A DNA stretch of 32,000 bases from Geminisphaera colitermitum TAV2 (GTDB taxonomy: Bacteria; Verrucomicrobiota; Verrucomicrobiia; Opitutales; Opitutaceae), in the NCBI RefSeq assembly GCF_000171235.2, contig NZ_ABEA03000010.1, forward strand, positions 14,590 through 46,589, written 5' to 3'. The notes under the pieces were generated by a model, which was given only the letters and a program-made list of their open reading frames with translations, was not told the DNA's origin and ran no database searches. Positions 17,790 through 26,167 of this stretch are shown one piece after another. Each line of letters opens with the position of its first letter. Position 1 is the stretch's first letter. Position numbers and translations under genes: made by a program.

Positions 17790-18115
17790 AACCGCGAATG
17801 AACGCGAATAGACGCGAATAACTGAGGTTACGTGGAACATTGTGGCGCGGGCGTCTCGCCCGCATCTGAGGAATGTGCCTCTCAGCCTTGTTCCAGGGCG
17901 GCGCTCCGCGCCGTTTGCGGGCGAGACGCCCGCGCCACGCGTAGGGGCTTCGCTTGCGAAGCCCGCGTATGCAGGACGTGGCCTCAAATGGCGTGCGCGG
18001 GCGTCGCAAGCGACGCCCCTACAGCGGGCGAGACGCCCGCGCCACTTTCCAAGCATACGTAACGTCAGTGAACCCTGTCATGTTATTCGCGTTTCATTCG
18101 CGACCATTCGCGGTT
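17790..18115. repeat. Composite nested palindrome between convergent S8 protease and carB genes
   Basis: Outer arms of three 10-nt units: aaccgcgaatgaacgcgaatagacgcgaataac (17790-17822) and gttattcgcgtttcattcgcgaccattcgcggtt (18082-18115). They enclose a ~204-nt module (17842-18045) that recurs at 23862-24046. Confidence 0.8.
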
Positions 18116-18172
18116 GCTTCGGCGAAGCAGGCAGGGGATTCGCAAGCGAAGTCCCCCCCCCCCTGCGACGGA

Positions 18173-21100
18173 TCACGCCAGAGTGACGTTGCCTTTGTAG
18201 TGCTGGATGGGACGGACGCCGATGCGCTGGCTCTTGAGCGCCTTGATGCCGGAGAGCGCGGCGAAGGCGCCTGTAATGGTCGTCATGATACACACACTGT
18301 GCGCATAGGCGGCGGAACGAATCTTGTTCTCGTCCTGACGCGGGATCATGCCGCTGGGCGTGTTGATCACGAGCTGGATCTGGTTGTTCTTGATCATGTC
18401 GATCGTGTTGGGACGGCCTTCATCGATCTTGGCAAGGCGCGTCACGGGCACGCCGCAATCGGCAAGGTGCTGCGCGGTGCCGCTGGTGGAGTAAATCGTG
18501 AAACCGAGCTTGATCAACTGGCGGGCGAGATCGACGGCGCGCTTCTTGTCGCTGTCCTTGACGGAGAGAAACACGTTGCCGCCGGTCGGCAGCGGAGGAC
18601 GCGCGGCGGCCTGCGCCTTGGCGAAGGCCACGCCGAGGTCGGCATCAAGTCCCATCACCTCGCCGGTGGAGCGCATCTCGGGGCCAAGCGTGATGGTGGA
18701 GCCGGGGAAACGAACAAAGGGGAACACGGCCTCCTTCACGCACCAGTGCTTGGGCGTCTGCTCATGCGTGAAGCCAAGGTCGGCGAGTTTTTGGCCGGTC
18801 ATGATCTTGGCGGCGAGTTTGGCGAGGGGCACGCCGATGGCCTTGGCGACGAAGGGCACGGTGCGCGAGGCGCGAGGGTTGACCTCAAGGACGTAGAGTT
18901 CGTTGTCCTTGATCGCAAACTGGATGTTCATGAGGCCGATGACGTTGAGTTCGCGGGCGAGGGCGTGCGTGGCCTTGCGAACGGTCTCCAGCATGGCGCG
19001 CCCGAGGGTGTGCGGGGGCATGACCATGGAGGCATCGCCGGAGTGCACGCCAGCGAACTCGATGTGCTCCAACATGCCGCCGATGACGGAGGTAGTGCCG
19101 TCGCTGATACAATCGACGTCGAGTTCGATGGCGTCTTCGAGGAACTTGTCGATGAGCACGGGCTTGTCGGGCATGACCTCGAAGGCCTGGCGGATGACGG
19201 CCTTGAATTCGTCTTCGTTGTAAACGATGAACATGCCGCGTCCGCCGAGCACGAACGAAGGGCGGAGGAGGACGGGGAACCCGACTTCCTTGGCGAAAAC
19301 GAGCGCCTCGGTCTCGTTCATCGCGGTGCGGTTGGCGGGTTGTTGCAGGTTGAGCTTGTGGAGGATGGCGGCGAAGAGTTTGCGGTCTTCGGCGATTTCG
19401 ATGGATTCGGGCGAGGTGCCGATGATGTTGACGCCGTTGGCCTTGAGGGCGGAGGCGAGGTTGAGCGGGGTTTGTCCGCCGAATTGCACGATGGCGCCGT
19501 CGCACTGTTCCTGCTGGTAGATTTCGAGGACGTCTTCGAGGGTGAGCGGTTCGAAGTAGAGGCGGTCGGAGGTGTCGTAGTCGGTGGAGACGGTTTCGGG
19601 GTTGGAGTTGACCATGACGCTTTCGTAGCCGATCTCGCGCAGGGCGAAGGAGGCGTGGACGCAACAGTAGTCAAACTCGATGCCCTGGCCGATGCGGTTG
19701 GGGCCGCCGCCGAGGATCATGATTTTCTTTTTTCCGGTCGGCGGGAGGACTTCGTTTTCGTCGCCGTAGCTGGAATAATAATACGGGGTGAACGCCTCGA
19801 ACTCGGCGGCGCATGTATCCACAAGTCGATACGTGGTGCCGATGCCGGCGGCCTTGCGCGCGGCGCGCACGGTGGCGAGGTCGGAGCCGAGGTAGTGCGC
19901 GAGTTGGACGTCGGAGAAGCCGAATTGCTTGGCGCGGCGGAAGAGCGCGACAGGGAGGGGGGGGGGGGGGGGGGGCGGCGCTACGCGCCGAACGTCGAAC
20001 GCCGAACGTCCAACATCCAACGTCGAAGTGCCGGAATTGGATGCGAGTGTGGACGGGAGCGACTGCCGGGCTTGAGTGCCGTCGGTTGGATGTTGGATGT
20101 TGGGCGTTCGATGTTCGATGTTCGGCGAAGCCGCGGCTTTGATCTGCGTTTCCAGTTCGTAGATTTCGCGGAGTTGGGTGAGGAACCAGGGGTCGATTTT
20201 CGAGAGGTCGAAAATCTGTTCCACGGTGTAGCCGGCCATGAAGGCGTAGCGGATGTAAAAGATGCGCTCGAAGTTGGGCGTGGCGAGTTTGCTGCGGATG
20301 AGCTTGTCGTCGGGTGCTTCGTCGAGGCCGTATTTGCCGCCGCCGCCGAAGCCGCGCGCGCCGATTTCGAGGGAGCGGAGCGCCTTTTGCATCGACTCCT
20401 TGAAGGTGCGTCCGATGGCCATGGCTTCGCCGACGGACTTCATGGCGGAGGTAAGCATGGTGTCGGCGCCGGGGAATTTTTCGAAGGTGAAGCGCGGGAT
20501 TTTGGTGACGACGTAGTCGATGGTGGGTTCGAAGGAGGCGGGGGTGAGGCGCGTGATGTCGTTGCGCAATTCGTCGAGCGTGTAGCCGACGGCGAGTTTG
20601 GCGGCGATCTTGGCGATGGGGAATCCGGTGGCTTTGGAGGCGAGGGCGGAGGAGCGGGAGACGCGGGGGTTCATCTCGATGACAACCTGGCGACCTGTCT
20701 TGGGGTCGATGGAAAACTGGATGTTGGAGCCGCCGGTTTCGACGCCGATTTCGCGGATGACGGCGAAGGAGGCGTCGCGCATGACTTGATACTCTTTGTC
20801 GGTGAGCGTCATGGCGGGGGCGACGGTGATGGAGTCGCCGGTGTGGACGCCCATGGGGTCGAAGTTTTCGATGGAGCAGATGACGACGCACTGGTCCTTG
20901 TGGTCGCGCATGACTTCCATCTCGTATTCTTTCCAGCCGAGCAGGCACTCTTCGACGAGCACTTCATGGACGGGGGAGAGGTCGAGGCCGTTGGCGACGA
21001 TTTGCTCGAATTCTTCCTTGTTGTAGGCGATGCCGCCGCCGGAGCCGCCGAGGGTGAAGGAGGGTCGGATGATGAGGGGATAGTTGCCGATTTCCTCGGC

Positions 21101-21574
21101 GGCGGCGCGGGCCGCGTCCATGCTTTTGACGGTGCGCGAGCGGGCAACGTCGAGGCCGATCTTGAGCATGGCTTGCTTGAAGAGTTCGCGGTCTTCGCCT
21201 TTGGCGATGGCGGCGGGTTTGGCGCCGATCATCTCGACGCCGTGTTTTTGGAGGATGCCTTTCTCGTGCAGTTGCATCGAGAGATTGAGCGCGGTCTGGC
21301 CGCCGAGGGTGGGGAGGAGGGCCGAGGGTTTTTCGGTTTCGATGATCTTTTCGAGCATCTCGACCGTGAGGGGCTCGATGTAGGTGACGTCGGCAAATTC
21401 CGGGTCGGTCATGATGGTGGCCGGGTTGGAATTTACGAGGATGACGCGGTAGCCTTCCTCTCGCAAAGCTTTGCAGGCTTGAGTGCCGGAGTAATCAAAC
21501 TCGCAGGCTTGGCCGATCACAATGGGACCGGCACCAATGATGAGGATGGACTTCAGATCAGTGCGCTTGGGCAT
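18173..21574 (-). CDS. carB: Carbamoyl-phosphate synthase large subunit
   Basis: Start [33 protein letters not shown] (ATG at 21574). Both ATP-grasp halves are present (second: [24 protein letters not shown]), and so is the MGS-like C-terminus. Length is 1133 aa because of an internal insertion at 19957-20127. Confidence 0.95.
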   Translation of the reverse strand: MPKRTDLKSILIIGAGPIVIGQACEFDYSGTQACKALREEGYRVILVNSNPATIMTDPEFADVTYIEPLTVEMLEKIIETEKPSALLPTLGGQTALNLSMQLHEKGILQKHGVEMIGAKPAAIAKGEDRELFKQAMLKIGLDVARSRTVKSMDAARAAAEEIGNYPLIIRPSFTLGGSGGGIAYNKEEFEQIVANGLDLSPVHEVLVEECLLGWKEYEMEVMRDHKDQCVVICSIENFDPMGVHTGDSITVAPAMTLTDKEYQVMRDASFAVIREIGVETGGSNIQFSIDPKTGRQVVIEMNPRVSRSSALASKATGFPIAKIAAKLAVGYTLDELRNDITRLTPASFEPTIDYVVTKIPRFTFEKFPGADTMLTSAMKSVGEAMAIGRTFKESMQKALRSLEIGARGFGGGGKYGLDEAPDDKLIRSKLATPNFERIFYIRYAFMAGYTVEQIFDLSKIDPWFLTQLREIYELETQIKAAASPNIEHRTPNIQHPTDGTQARQSLPSTLASNSGTSTLDVGRSAFDVRRVAPPPPPPPLPVALFRRAKQFGFSDVQLAHYLGSDLATVRAARKAAGIGTTYRLVDTCAAEFEAFTPYYYSSYGDENEVLPPTGKKKIMILGGGPNRIGQGIEFDYCCVHASFALREIGYESVMVNSNPETVSTDYDTSDRLYFEPLTLEDVLEIYQQEQCDGAIVQFGGQTPLNLASALKANGVNIIGTSPESIEIAEDRKLFAAILHKLNLQQPANRTAMNETEALVFAKEVGFPVLLRPSFVLGGRGMFIVYNEDEFKAVIRQAFEVMPDKPVLIDKFLEDAIELDVDCISDGTTSVIGGMLEHIEFAGVHSGDASMVMPPHTLGRAMLETVRKATHALARELNVIGLMNIQFAIKDNELYVLEVNPRASRTVPFVAKAIGVPLAKLAAKIMTGQKLADLGFTHEQTPKHWCVKEAVFPFVRFPGSTITLGPEMRSTGEVMGLDADLGVAFAKAQAAARPPLPTGGNVFLSVKDSDKKRAVDLARQLIKLGFTIYSTSGTAQHLADCGVPVTRLAKIDEGRPNTIDMIKNNQIQLVINTPSGMIPRQDENKIRSAAYAHSVCIMTTITGAFAALSGIKALKSQRIGVRPIQHYKGNVTLA
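19957..20127. repeat. G19 tract plus 142-nt palindromic repeat embedded in-frame in carB
   Basis: G19 lies at 19957-19975. Left arm cgccgaacgtcgaacgccgaacgtccaacatccaacgtcg starts at 19986. Right arm cgtcggttggatgttggatgttgggcgttcgatgttcgatgttcggcg ends at 20127. A related single arm lies at 23794-23838. Confidence 0.85.
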
Positions 21575-21966
21575 GGACGTGGATTTCGTGGAGGGTTGCG
21601 ACCGGTGGGCAGTCTGCGCAAGTGGAAAGCCCGAGAAATTCCTAGTTTGCGCGGTGAATATGAGAAATACGCACGAGCAGGCTTTTGTTGCAGTTTTTTT
21701 GCTTATATTGGGGGAGCCCAACCACGAATTACGCGGAGCGGCTGTACCGCAAGCGAAGTGGCGGAAGGAATGGCCACAAGAAACACAAAGAAACAAGCGG
21801 CGCATGGAATCCTCCATTGCGCATATAAGCGCGCGAGCGTCTCGCCCGCAACTGTTGCCACTCAGCCTGAGACCGCGACATCCTTACCGGCACCGGTGAA
21901 TGCCAGGCTGGGGCCTGCACTCCCAGAGGCGCATCGCGTGTGTAGTGGACCGTCAACTACAACCGG

Positions 21967-22524
21967 TCACGACGCGTTGAACAGTTCCGTCACTCCGATG
22001 CTCAGGCCCGGCAGCAACGCGCTCGCCAGCTTACGCCCGCTCCTCAACGTGGCGACCGGAGTGTCCGCGTTCTCCTCCAGGTTGTAAACTTTCACCACCC
22101 GCGCCATTGGGTCGATGATCCAGTATTCGAGCACCCCCGTCCGCGCATAAACATCCCGTTTCACTCCCAGATCGTATTTCGATGTGGAGGGGGACAAAAT
22201 CTCCACCACCAAATCGGGCGCGCCGTTTGCCCCTTCGTCTGTCAGGTAGCAGTAACGTTCCTTGGAAAAATAACTCAGGTCGGGTTGATACACGTTGAGG
22301 TCGGACAGATACACGTCGAACGGGCCGGCATAGACTTTGCCGATCTGATTTTGTTTAAGATAAATGGTAAATTCTCCTGCGAGGAAGATCAGGATTCCTT
22401 GGTGAAAACGGTTGGGGGCTGGCGCCATGTGGAGGTCTCCTTCGATGAGTTGATAACGCGGTCCGTATTCCGGGAGTTCCCGGTAATCGTGGGCGGTAAG
22501 CGGACGGTATGCAGCGACTGGCAT
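21967..22524 (-). CDS. Uma2-family (DUF820) putative restriction-type endonuclease
   Basis: YQLIEGDLHMAPAPNRFHQ, YQPDLSYF, GAPDLVVEILSPST and GVLEYWIIDP match the Uma2/PD-(D/E)XK pattern. The ORF extends to 22560, an alternative start. Confidence 0.8.
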   Translation of the reverse strand: MPVAAYRPLTAHDYRELPEYGPRYQLIEGDLHMAPAPNRFHQGILIFLAGEFTIYLKQNQIGKVYAGPFDVYLSDLNVYQPDLSYFSKERYCYLTDEGANGAPDLVVEILSPSTSKYDLGVKRDVYARTGVLEYWIIDPMARVVKVYNLEENADTPVATLRSGRKLASALLPGLSIGVTELFNAS

Positions 22525-22581
22525 GGCAATGCATGATACGTTACAAATTGGCCGCGTCAAGGGTGCCTCCTCATTCCGGAA

Positions 22582-23793
22582 TCAGTGGCGAAGTTGGTGG
22601 CCGTGGCGGACAAGGGGAGGGGAGCCTTTGGCAGCGGTGGCGTTGAGTTTGTCGAGGACGGCAGCGAGTTGGCGGCGTTTTTCGTCGGTCCGGGCAAACA
22701 TGTCGAGTTGCACGCCGTCGGCGGCATCGACGCCGGAGAGTTTCACGCTGACGAGTCGCAGGGGACGGTGCTGCAACCAGGCTTGGCGGAGGAGCGGGGC
22801 AACGTGGGGATAAAAGAGGGTTTCAAGGTCGGTGGCGTCGGACAGGCTGTGCGCGGCGGAGCGTTGGGTGAAGTCACCGTAACGCACTTTGACGGTAAGG
22901 GTCCGCACGCGTTTGCCGTCGGCGCGGATGTCGGGCATGAGTTCGTCGATCATGCCCTTGGCCACGCTTTCGATGGTGGCGAAATCTCCGACGTCGGCAG
23001 GGAATGTTTCTTGTTTGGAGTAGCTTTTGGCGTCCTCGTGGTCGGTGTGCACGGGGCGGTCGTCTTCGCCGCGTGCGGCGGCAACGAGGTCGGGCCAGCC
23101 GGAGCCGAGCGTGGCGGCGAGTTCGCGTTCGCCGGTGGCCCCGGCACCGGGCGCGAGGCAGCGGGCGGCAAGGGTTGTAATGTCACTGACGATACGCAGG
23201 CCGCGGGCGTTGAGTGTTTCCTCCGTTTTCTGGCCGACGCCGGGGAGTTTGCCGATGGAGAGCGGGGCGAGGAAGGCGGCTTCTTCGCCGGGCGGCACGA
23301 CGACGAAGCCGCGGGGTTTGCGAAGTTTGGAGGCGATTTGGGCAACAAGGCGGTTGGTCGCGATGCCCATGGAGACGGGGATTTGCAGTTGTTGCCAGAT
23401 GCGGTTTTGCAGGTCGCGGATGGCGGCGACGATTTCATCCTGCGTCTTGAAACCGCACATCGTCACGTCGAGGTAGCCTTCATCGATGGAATTGCGCTGG
23501 ACGATGGGGGTGAGGTTTTCGCAGAGGTCAAACATGCGGCGCGACACGTCGCCGTAACTGCCTTTGTGCGGGAGGAGGATGAGGTCGGGGCAGATTTTGA
23601 GGGCGCGGGCGGTGGGCATGGGCGTGTAAACTCCGCAGGCGCGCGCCTCGTAGCTGGCGGAGGCAATGATGCCGCGTTCGCGTCCGCCGACCGCGACTTT
23701 CTTGCCGCGATACTGAGGCTGCAACGCCAGCTCGACCGACACGAAAAACGCGTCGGCGTCGAGGTGCACGATGTTGGGCAGCGGGCGGCTCAT
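22582..23793 (-). CDS. dinB: DNA polymerase IV (Y-family)
   Basis: ATG at 23793 gives MSRPLPNIVHLDADAFFVSVE (canonical HxDxDxFFxxVE). Downstream motifs are SIDEGYLDVT and LPGVGQKT. The upstream part of ORF 22582-24060 is repeat-derived. Confidence 0.9.
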   Translation of the reverse strand: MSRPLPNIVHLDADAFFVSVELALQPQYRGKKVAVGGRERGIIASASYEARACGVYTPMPTARALKICPDLILLPHKGSYGDVSRRMFDLCENLTPIVQRNSIDEGYLDVTMCGFKTQDEIVAAIRDLQNRIWQQLQIPVSMGIATNRLVAQIASKLRKPRGFVVVPPGEEAAFLAPLSIGKLPGVGQKTEETLNARGLRIVSDITTLAARCLAPGAGATGERELAATLGSGWPDLVAAARGEDDRPVHTDHEDAKSYSKQETFPADVGDFATIESVAKGMIDELMPDIRADGKRVRTLTVKVRYGDFTQRSAAHSLSDATDLETLFYPHVAPLLRQAWLQHRPLRLVSVKLSGVDAADGVQLDMFARTDEKRRQLAAVLDKLNATAAKGSPPLVRHGHQLRH

Positions 23794-23838
23794 GCGTCGA
23801 ACATCCAACATCGAACGCCGAACGTCCAACATCCAATC
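23794..23838. repeat. Orphan arm of the 7-nt-unit (cgaacgt/ccaacat) repeat family
   Basis: gcgtcgaacatccaacatcgaacgccgaacgtccaacatccaatc abuts the dinB start codon. It belongs to the same family as the arms inside carB. Confidence 0.7.
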
Positions 23839-23861
23839 TGATGTTGCGCAGAGTTTGGGAA

Positions 23862-24046
23862 GTGGCGCGGGCGTCCCGCCCGCTTCGGGAGCGCCGGGCA
23901 CCAGTCCGGCACCTGATGCGGGCGAGACGCCCGCGCCCCGCGTAGGGGCTTCGCTTGCGAAGCCCGCGAATGCAGGACGTGGCATCGAATGGCGTGCGCG
24001 GGCGTCGCAAGCGACGCCCCTACAGCGGGCGAGACGCCCGCGCCAC
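23862..24046. repeat. Second copy of the ~200-nt hairpin-rich module
   Basis: Begins gtggcgcgggcgtcccgcccgc and ends gcgggcgagacgcccgcgccac. The central stretch cgcgtaggggcttcgcttgcgaagcccgcg...ggcgtgcgcgggcgtcgcaagcgacgcccctacagcgggcgagacgcccgcgccac is near-identical to 17842-18045, in the same orientation. Confidence 0.85.
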
Positions 24047-24316
24047 TTTGCCATCAGCACGATGCCGGCAGGATGCCGCGCCGCCTGTCCCTCCCCCCCC
24101 CCCGCGCACTAAATATATAATACAGCGAAAGCCTTATTGTTATATGTATAGTAGGTAGGTGATTCACCTGACATGTAGTGTATAAAGCGAAAAATATCTG
24201 AATAAAACGGTTGATAAAGAGGTGGAGGGAGGCAGAGTAGAGAGGCTGAACCGGTCGCGGCCAGATCCGTGACGGTGCAGATTCAACATCAACAAGATCA
24301 TCAACAAACGACAGTC

Positions 24317-25147
24317 ATGAGTATTCAAAATAATGATATGATAAGCGCAGGTCCGCTTTGGCGGGCGCTGCTCGTTCCCCTCGCGGGAGCGTTAATGACG
24401 CTGGGGGCCGTGACAACGGCCTTCGCCGCAACTCCAGGATCGCAGCTCATCACCATGCCGACCGTGACGGTGGGCGACATTGGCAACGTTGCCGATTCGA
24501 CTGGCTTCGGTTCGGTGAGCTACGAGTATCAGATTGGGAAGTATGAGGTGACGAACGGGCAATATGCGGCGTTTTTGAACGCCGTGGGCGTGACCAGCAC
24601 GAACAACGCGCTTGGGCTCTACAACAGCAACATGGGCAGCAATGCCAGCTACGGTGGCATCACATGGAACGCAGGCAGCAGCCAATACGAGGCGAAGACC
24701 GGGTGGGAGAACAAGGCCGTGAATTACGTATCGTTTTACGATGCGGCGCGGTTCACGAATTGGCTGACGACCGGGGACACGGAGAACGGGCTGTACACGT
24801 TTAACGGAGCGACGAGTATCACGATCAATCCGGACCATGCAGCCAGCAGCGGCTGGGCAGTGGCGAGCGAGGACGAGTGGTATAAAGCGGCGTATTACAA
24901 TGGAGACGGGACGTATCACACGTATCCGGTGACAGGGTCCCTGAACCAGACCACGGCGAATTACTATAGCGGTGGGTATGCGATGCCTGGAGGGACGTAT
25001 ATAGCGGATGTGGATTATTATGATGATGTGACTGGAGCTGGTTCGACGTATGGTACGTTCCAGCAGGGGGGCAACGTTTATGAGTGGAGTGATACGCTTA
25101 TAAACGGAACTGCCCGTGGGGTGCGTGGCGGCTCGTTCGACATATAA
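24317..25147 (+). CDS. DGR variable (target) protein, FGE/SUMF1-type C-lectin fold. The ORF as read ends at a TAA inside the VR; an intact frame would run to 25345.
   Basis: Signal peptide LLVPLAGALMTLGAVTTAFAA. FGE-type motifs are YEYQIGKYEVTNGQYAAFLNAV, VNYVSFYDAARFTNWL and GGNVYEWSD. The C-terminus RGVRGGSF enters the VR. GTG 24269 and ATG 24338 are alternative starts. Confidence 0.85.
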   Translation: MSIQNNDMISAGPLWRALLVPLAGALMTLGAVTTAFAATPGSQLITMPTVTVGDIGNVADSTGFGSVSYEYQIGKYEVTNGQYAAFLNAVGVTSTNNALGLYNSNMGSNASYGGITWNAGSSQYEAKTGWENKAVNYVSFYDAARFTNWLTTGDTENGLYTFNGATSITINPDHAASSGWAVASEDEWYKAAYYNGDGTYHTYPVTGSLNQTTANYYSGGYAMPGGTYIADVDYYDDVTGAGSTYGTFQQGGNVYEWSDTLINGTARGVRGGSFDI

Positions 25148-25243
25148 CGTTACGCTCCTCGCCTCTTCGGCCCGCTACCTCGACGCTCCCGCCGGCGAGT
25201 GCTCGACTCCATCGGTTTTCGTGTCGTGTCGTTGTCCAGCCTT
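25111..25243 (+). repeat. DGR variable repeat (VR), 133 nt
   Basis: Aligns to 25618-25747. The first 28 nt and last 33 nt are identical. Internal differences occur only at TR adenines, plus 1-nt and 2-nt insertions in the VR. Confidence 0.9.
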
Positions 25244-25469
25244 GACGGCCCCCAAGTGCCCGAGCCGAATGATATAGCGGCTATAATTGGAGTGTTGATG
25301 TTAGGAGTCGTTTTGATGAGAAAGGGGGGCCGCCGCACCCTTTAGGCTTTTACCCTTTTACCCTTTATGAATGGACCCGCGAAAGCGGGGCCATTTCGGG
25401 GGGACTGGGGGGCTTGCCCCCCAGTGTTCTTTGAATCCGAAACCGGCGAAGCCGGTCGAAAAAAAATTT

Positions 25470-25570
25470 AACCACGGAGGACACGGAGGAACACGGAGAA
25501 AAGGCAGGAAGGTTTTTGTAATTATAAAAGCTGACTTTTCTCGGCTTGAACCTCCGTGTCCTCCGTGGTT
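25470..25570. repeat. ccacggagg palindromic element, copy 1 (between VR and TR)
   Basis: Left arm aaccacggaggacacggaggaacacggag (25470-25498). Shortened right arm ctccgtgtcctccgtggtt (25552-25570). An extra ctccgtggtt lies at 25579-25588. Confidence 0.85.
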
Positions 25571-25617
25571 TAAAAAAGCTCCGTGGTTAAAGAAACTTGG
25601 GGGTTCCGGGACACTTA

Positions 25618-25747
25618 TGCCCGTGGGGTGCGTGGCGGCTCGTTCAACAATAACGATACGAACCTCGCCTCTTCGGCCCGCAACAACAACGATCCCGCCA
25701 ACGAGAACAACAACATCGGTTTTCGTGTCGTGTCGTTGTCCAGCCTT
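25618..25747 (+). repeat. DGR template repeat (TR), 130 nt
   Basis: Reads in frame as RGVRGGSFNNNDTNLASSARNNNDPANENNNIGFRVVSLSSL, with 10 AAC and 1 AAT codons in the diversified core. It is non-coding in context, with no plausible start or RBS for a real gene. Confidence 0.9.
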
Positions 25748-26048
25748 CGGAACAGGCGTCCAGCCTGGTAGGCCAGAACGACGTGTGGTGTGGCACGGAT
25801 TAAATGCCGTGCTCGCTCACGCCGCCGTGCCGTTATCAGGAAGGCACCCGGCGCTCCCGCGCGGAGGAAAGAGGGGACACATGGCGACGAAGCGCAAGTC
25901 TCGTCCGCCCCCCTTCCGGCCTCCGGGCAAATAACACCCGTGCCCGGCTGCGGCTATGTAGGCGAGGCGACTCGCCCAACGACGCGGCCGGGCCTTCTTT
26001 TTTCAAGAAAACAAACCTTCAAGCCTTCAAACCTTTTAAACCACGGAG

Positions 26049-26158
26049 GACACGGAGGAACACGGAGAAAAGGCAGGAAGGTTTTTGTAATTATAAAAGC
26101 TGTCTTTCCTCGGCTTGAACCTCCGTGCCCTCCGTGTCCTCCGTGGTTTAAAAAAACA
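26049..26158. repeat. ccacggagg palindromic element, copy 2
   Basis: Same 29-nt left arm (26049-26077). Right arm ctccgtgccctccgtgtcctccgtggtt (26131-26158). The core is near-identical to copies 1 and 3. Confidence 0.9.
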
Positions 26159-26167
26159 AAAAAATCC

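Noticed and set aside
17954-22087. 1377-aa plus-strand ORF
   Set aside because: It is antisense to carB, whose translation has unmistakable CPS motifs. The plus-strand product is low-complexity and rich in G, A, V, D and E, which is typical of spurious antisense ORFs in high-GC DNA.
21967-23793. Uma2 nuclease and error-prone polymerase dinB as functional partners of the adjacent DGR
   Set aside because: They are on the opposite strand and are separated from the DGR by repeats and an AT-rich promoter region. Both are common housekeeping or accessory genes. The sequence gives no evidence of linkage beyond proximity.
21575-24060. N-terminal extensions of carB (to 21817) and dinB (to 24060) in the ORF track
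   Set aside because: The canonical N-termini begin at ATG 21574 ([17 protein letters not shown]) and ATG 23793 (MSRPLPNIVHLDADAFF). The extensions translate repeat elements or promoter-region sequence.
25583-25771. 62-aa ORF covering the TR
   Set aside because: It is the TR read in the ancestral target frame (Asn-rich). It starts inside a repeat element and has no independent gene signals. It is treated as template RNA, not as a CDS.
25790-26167. N-terminal 126 aa of ORF 25790-26551
   Set aside because: It reads through non-coding TR-downstream sequence and palindromic element copy 2 (pseudo-peptide [21 protein letters not shown]). The conserved GxxExxY protein starts at ATG 26168.
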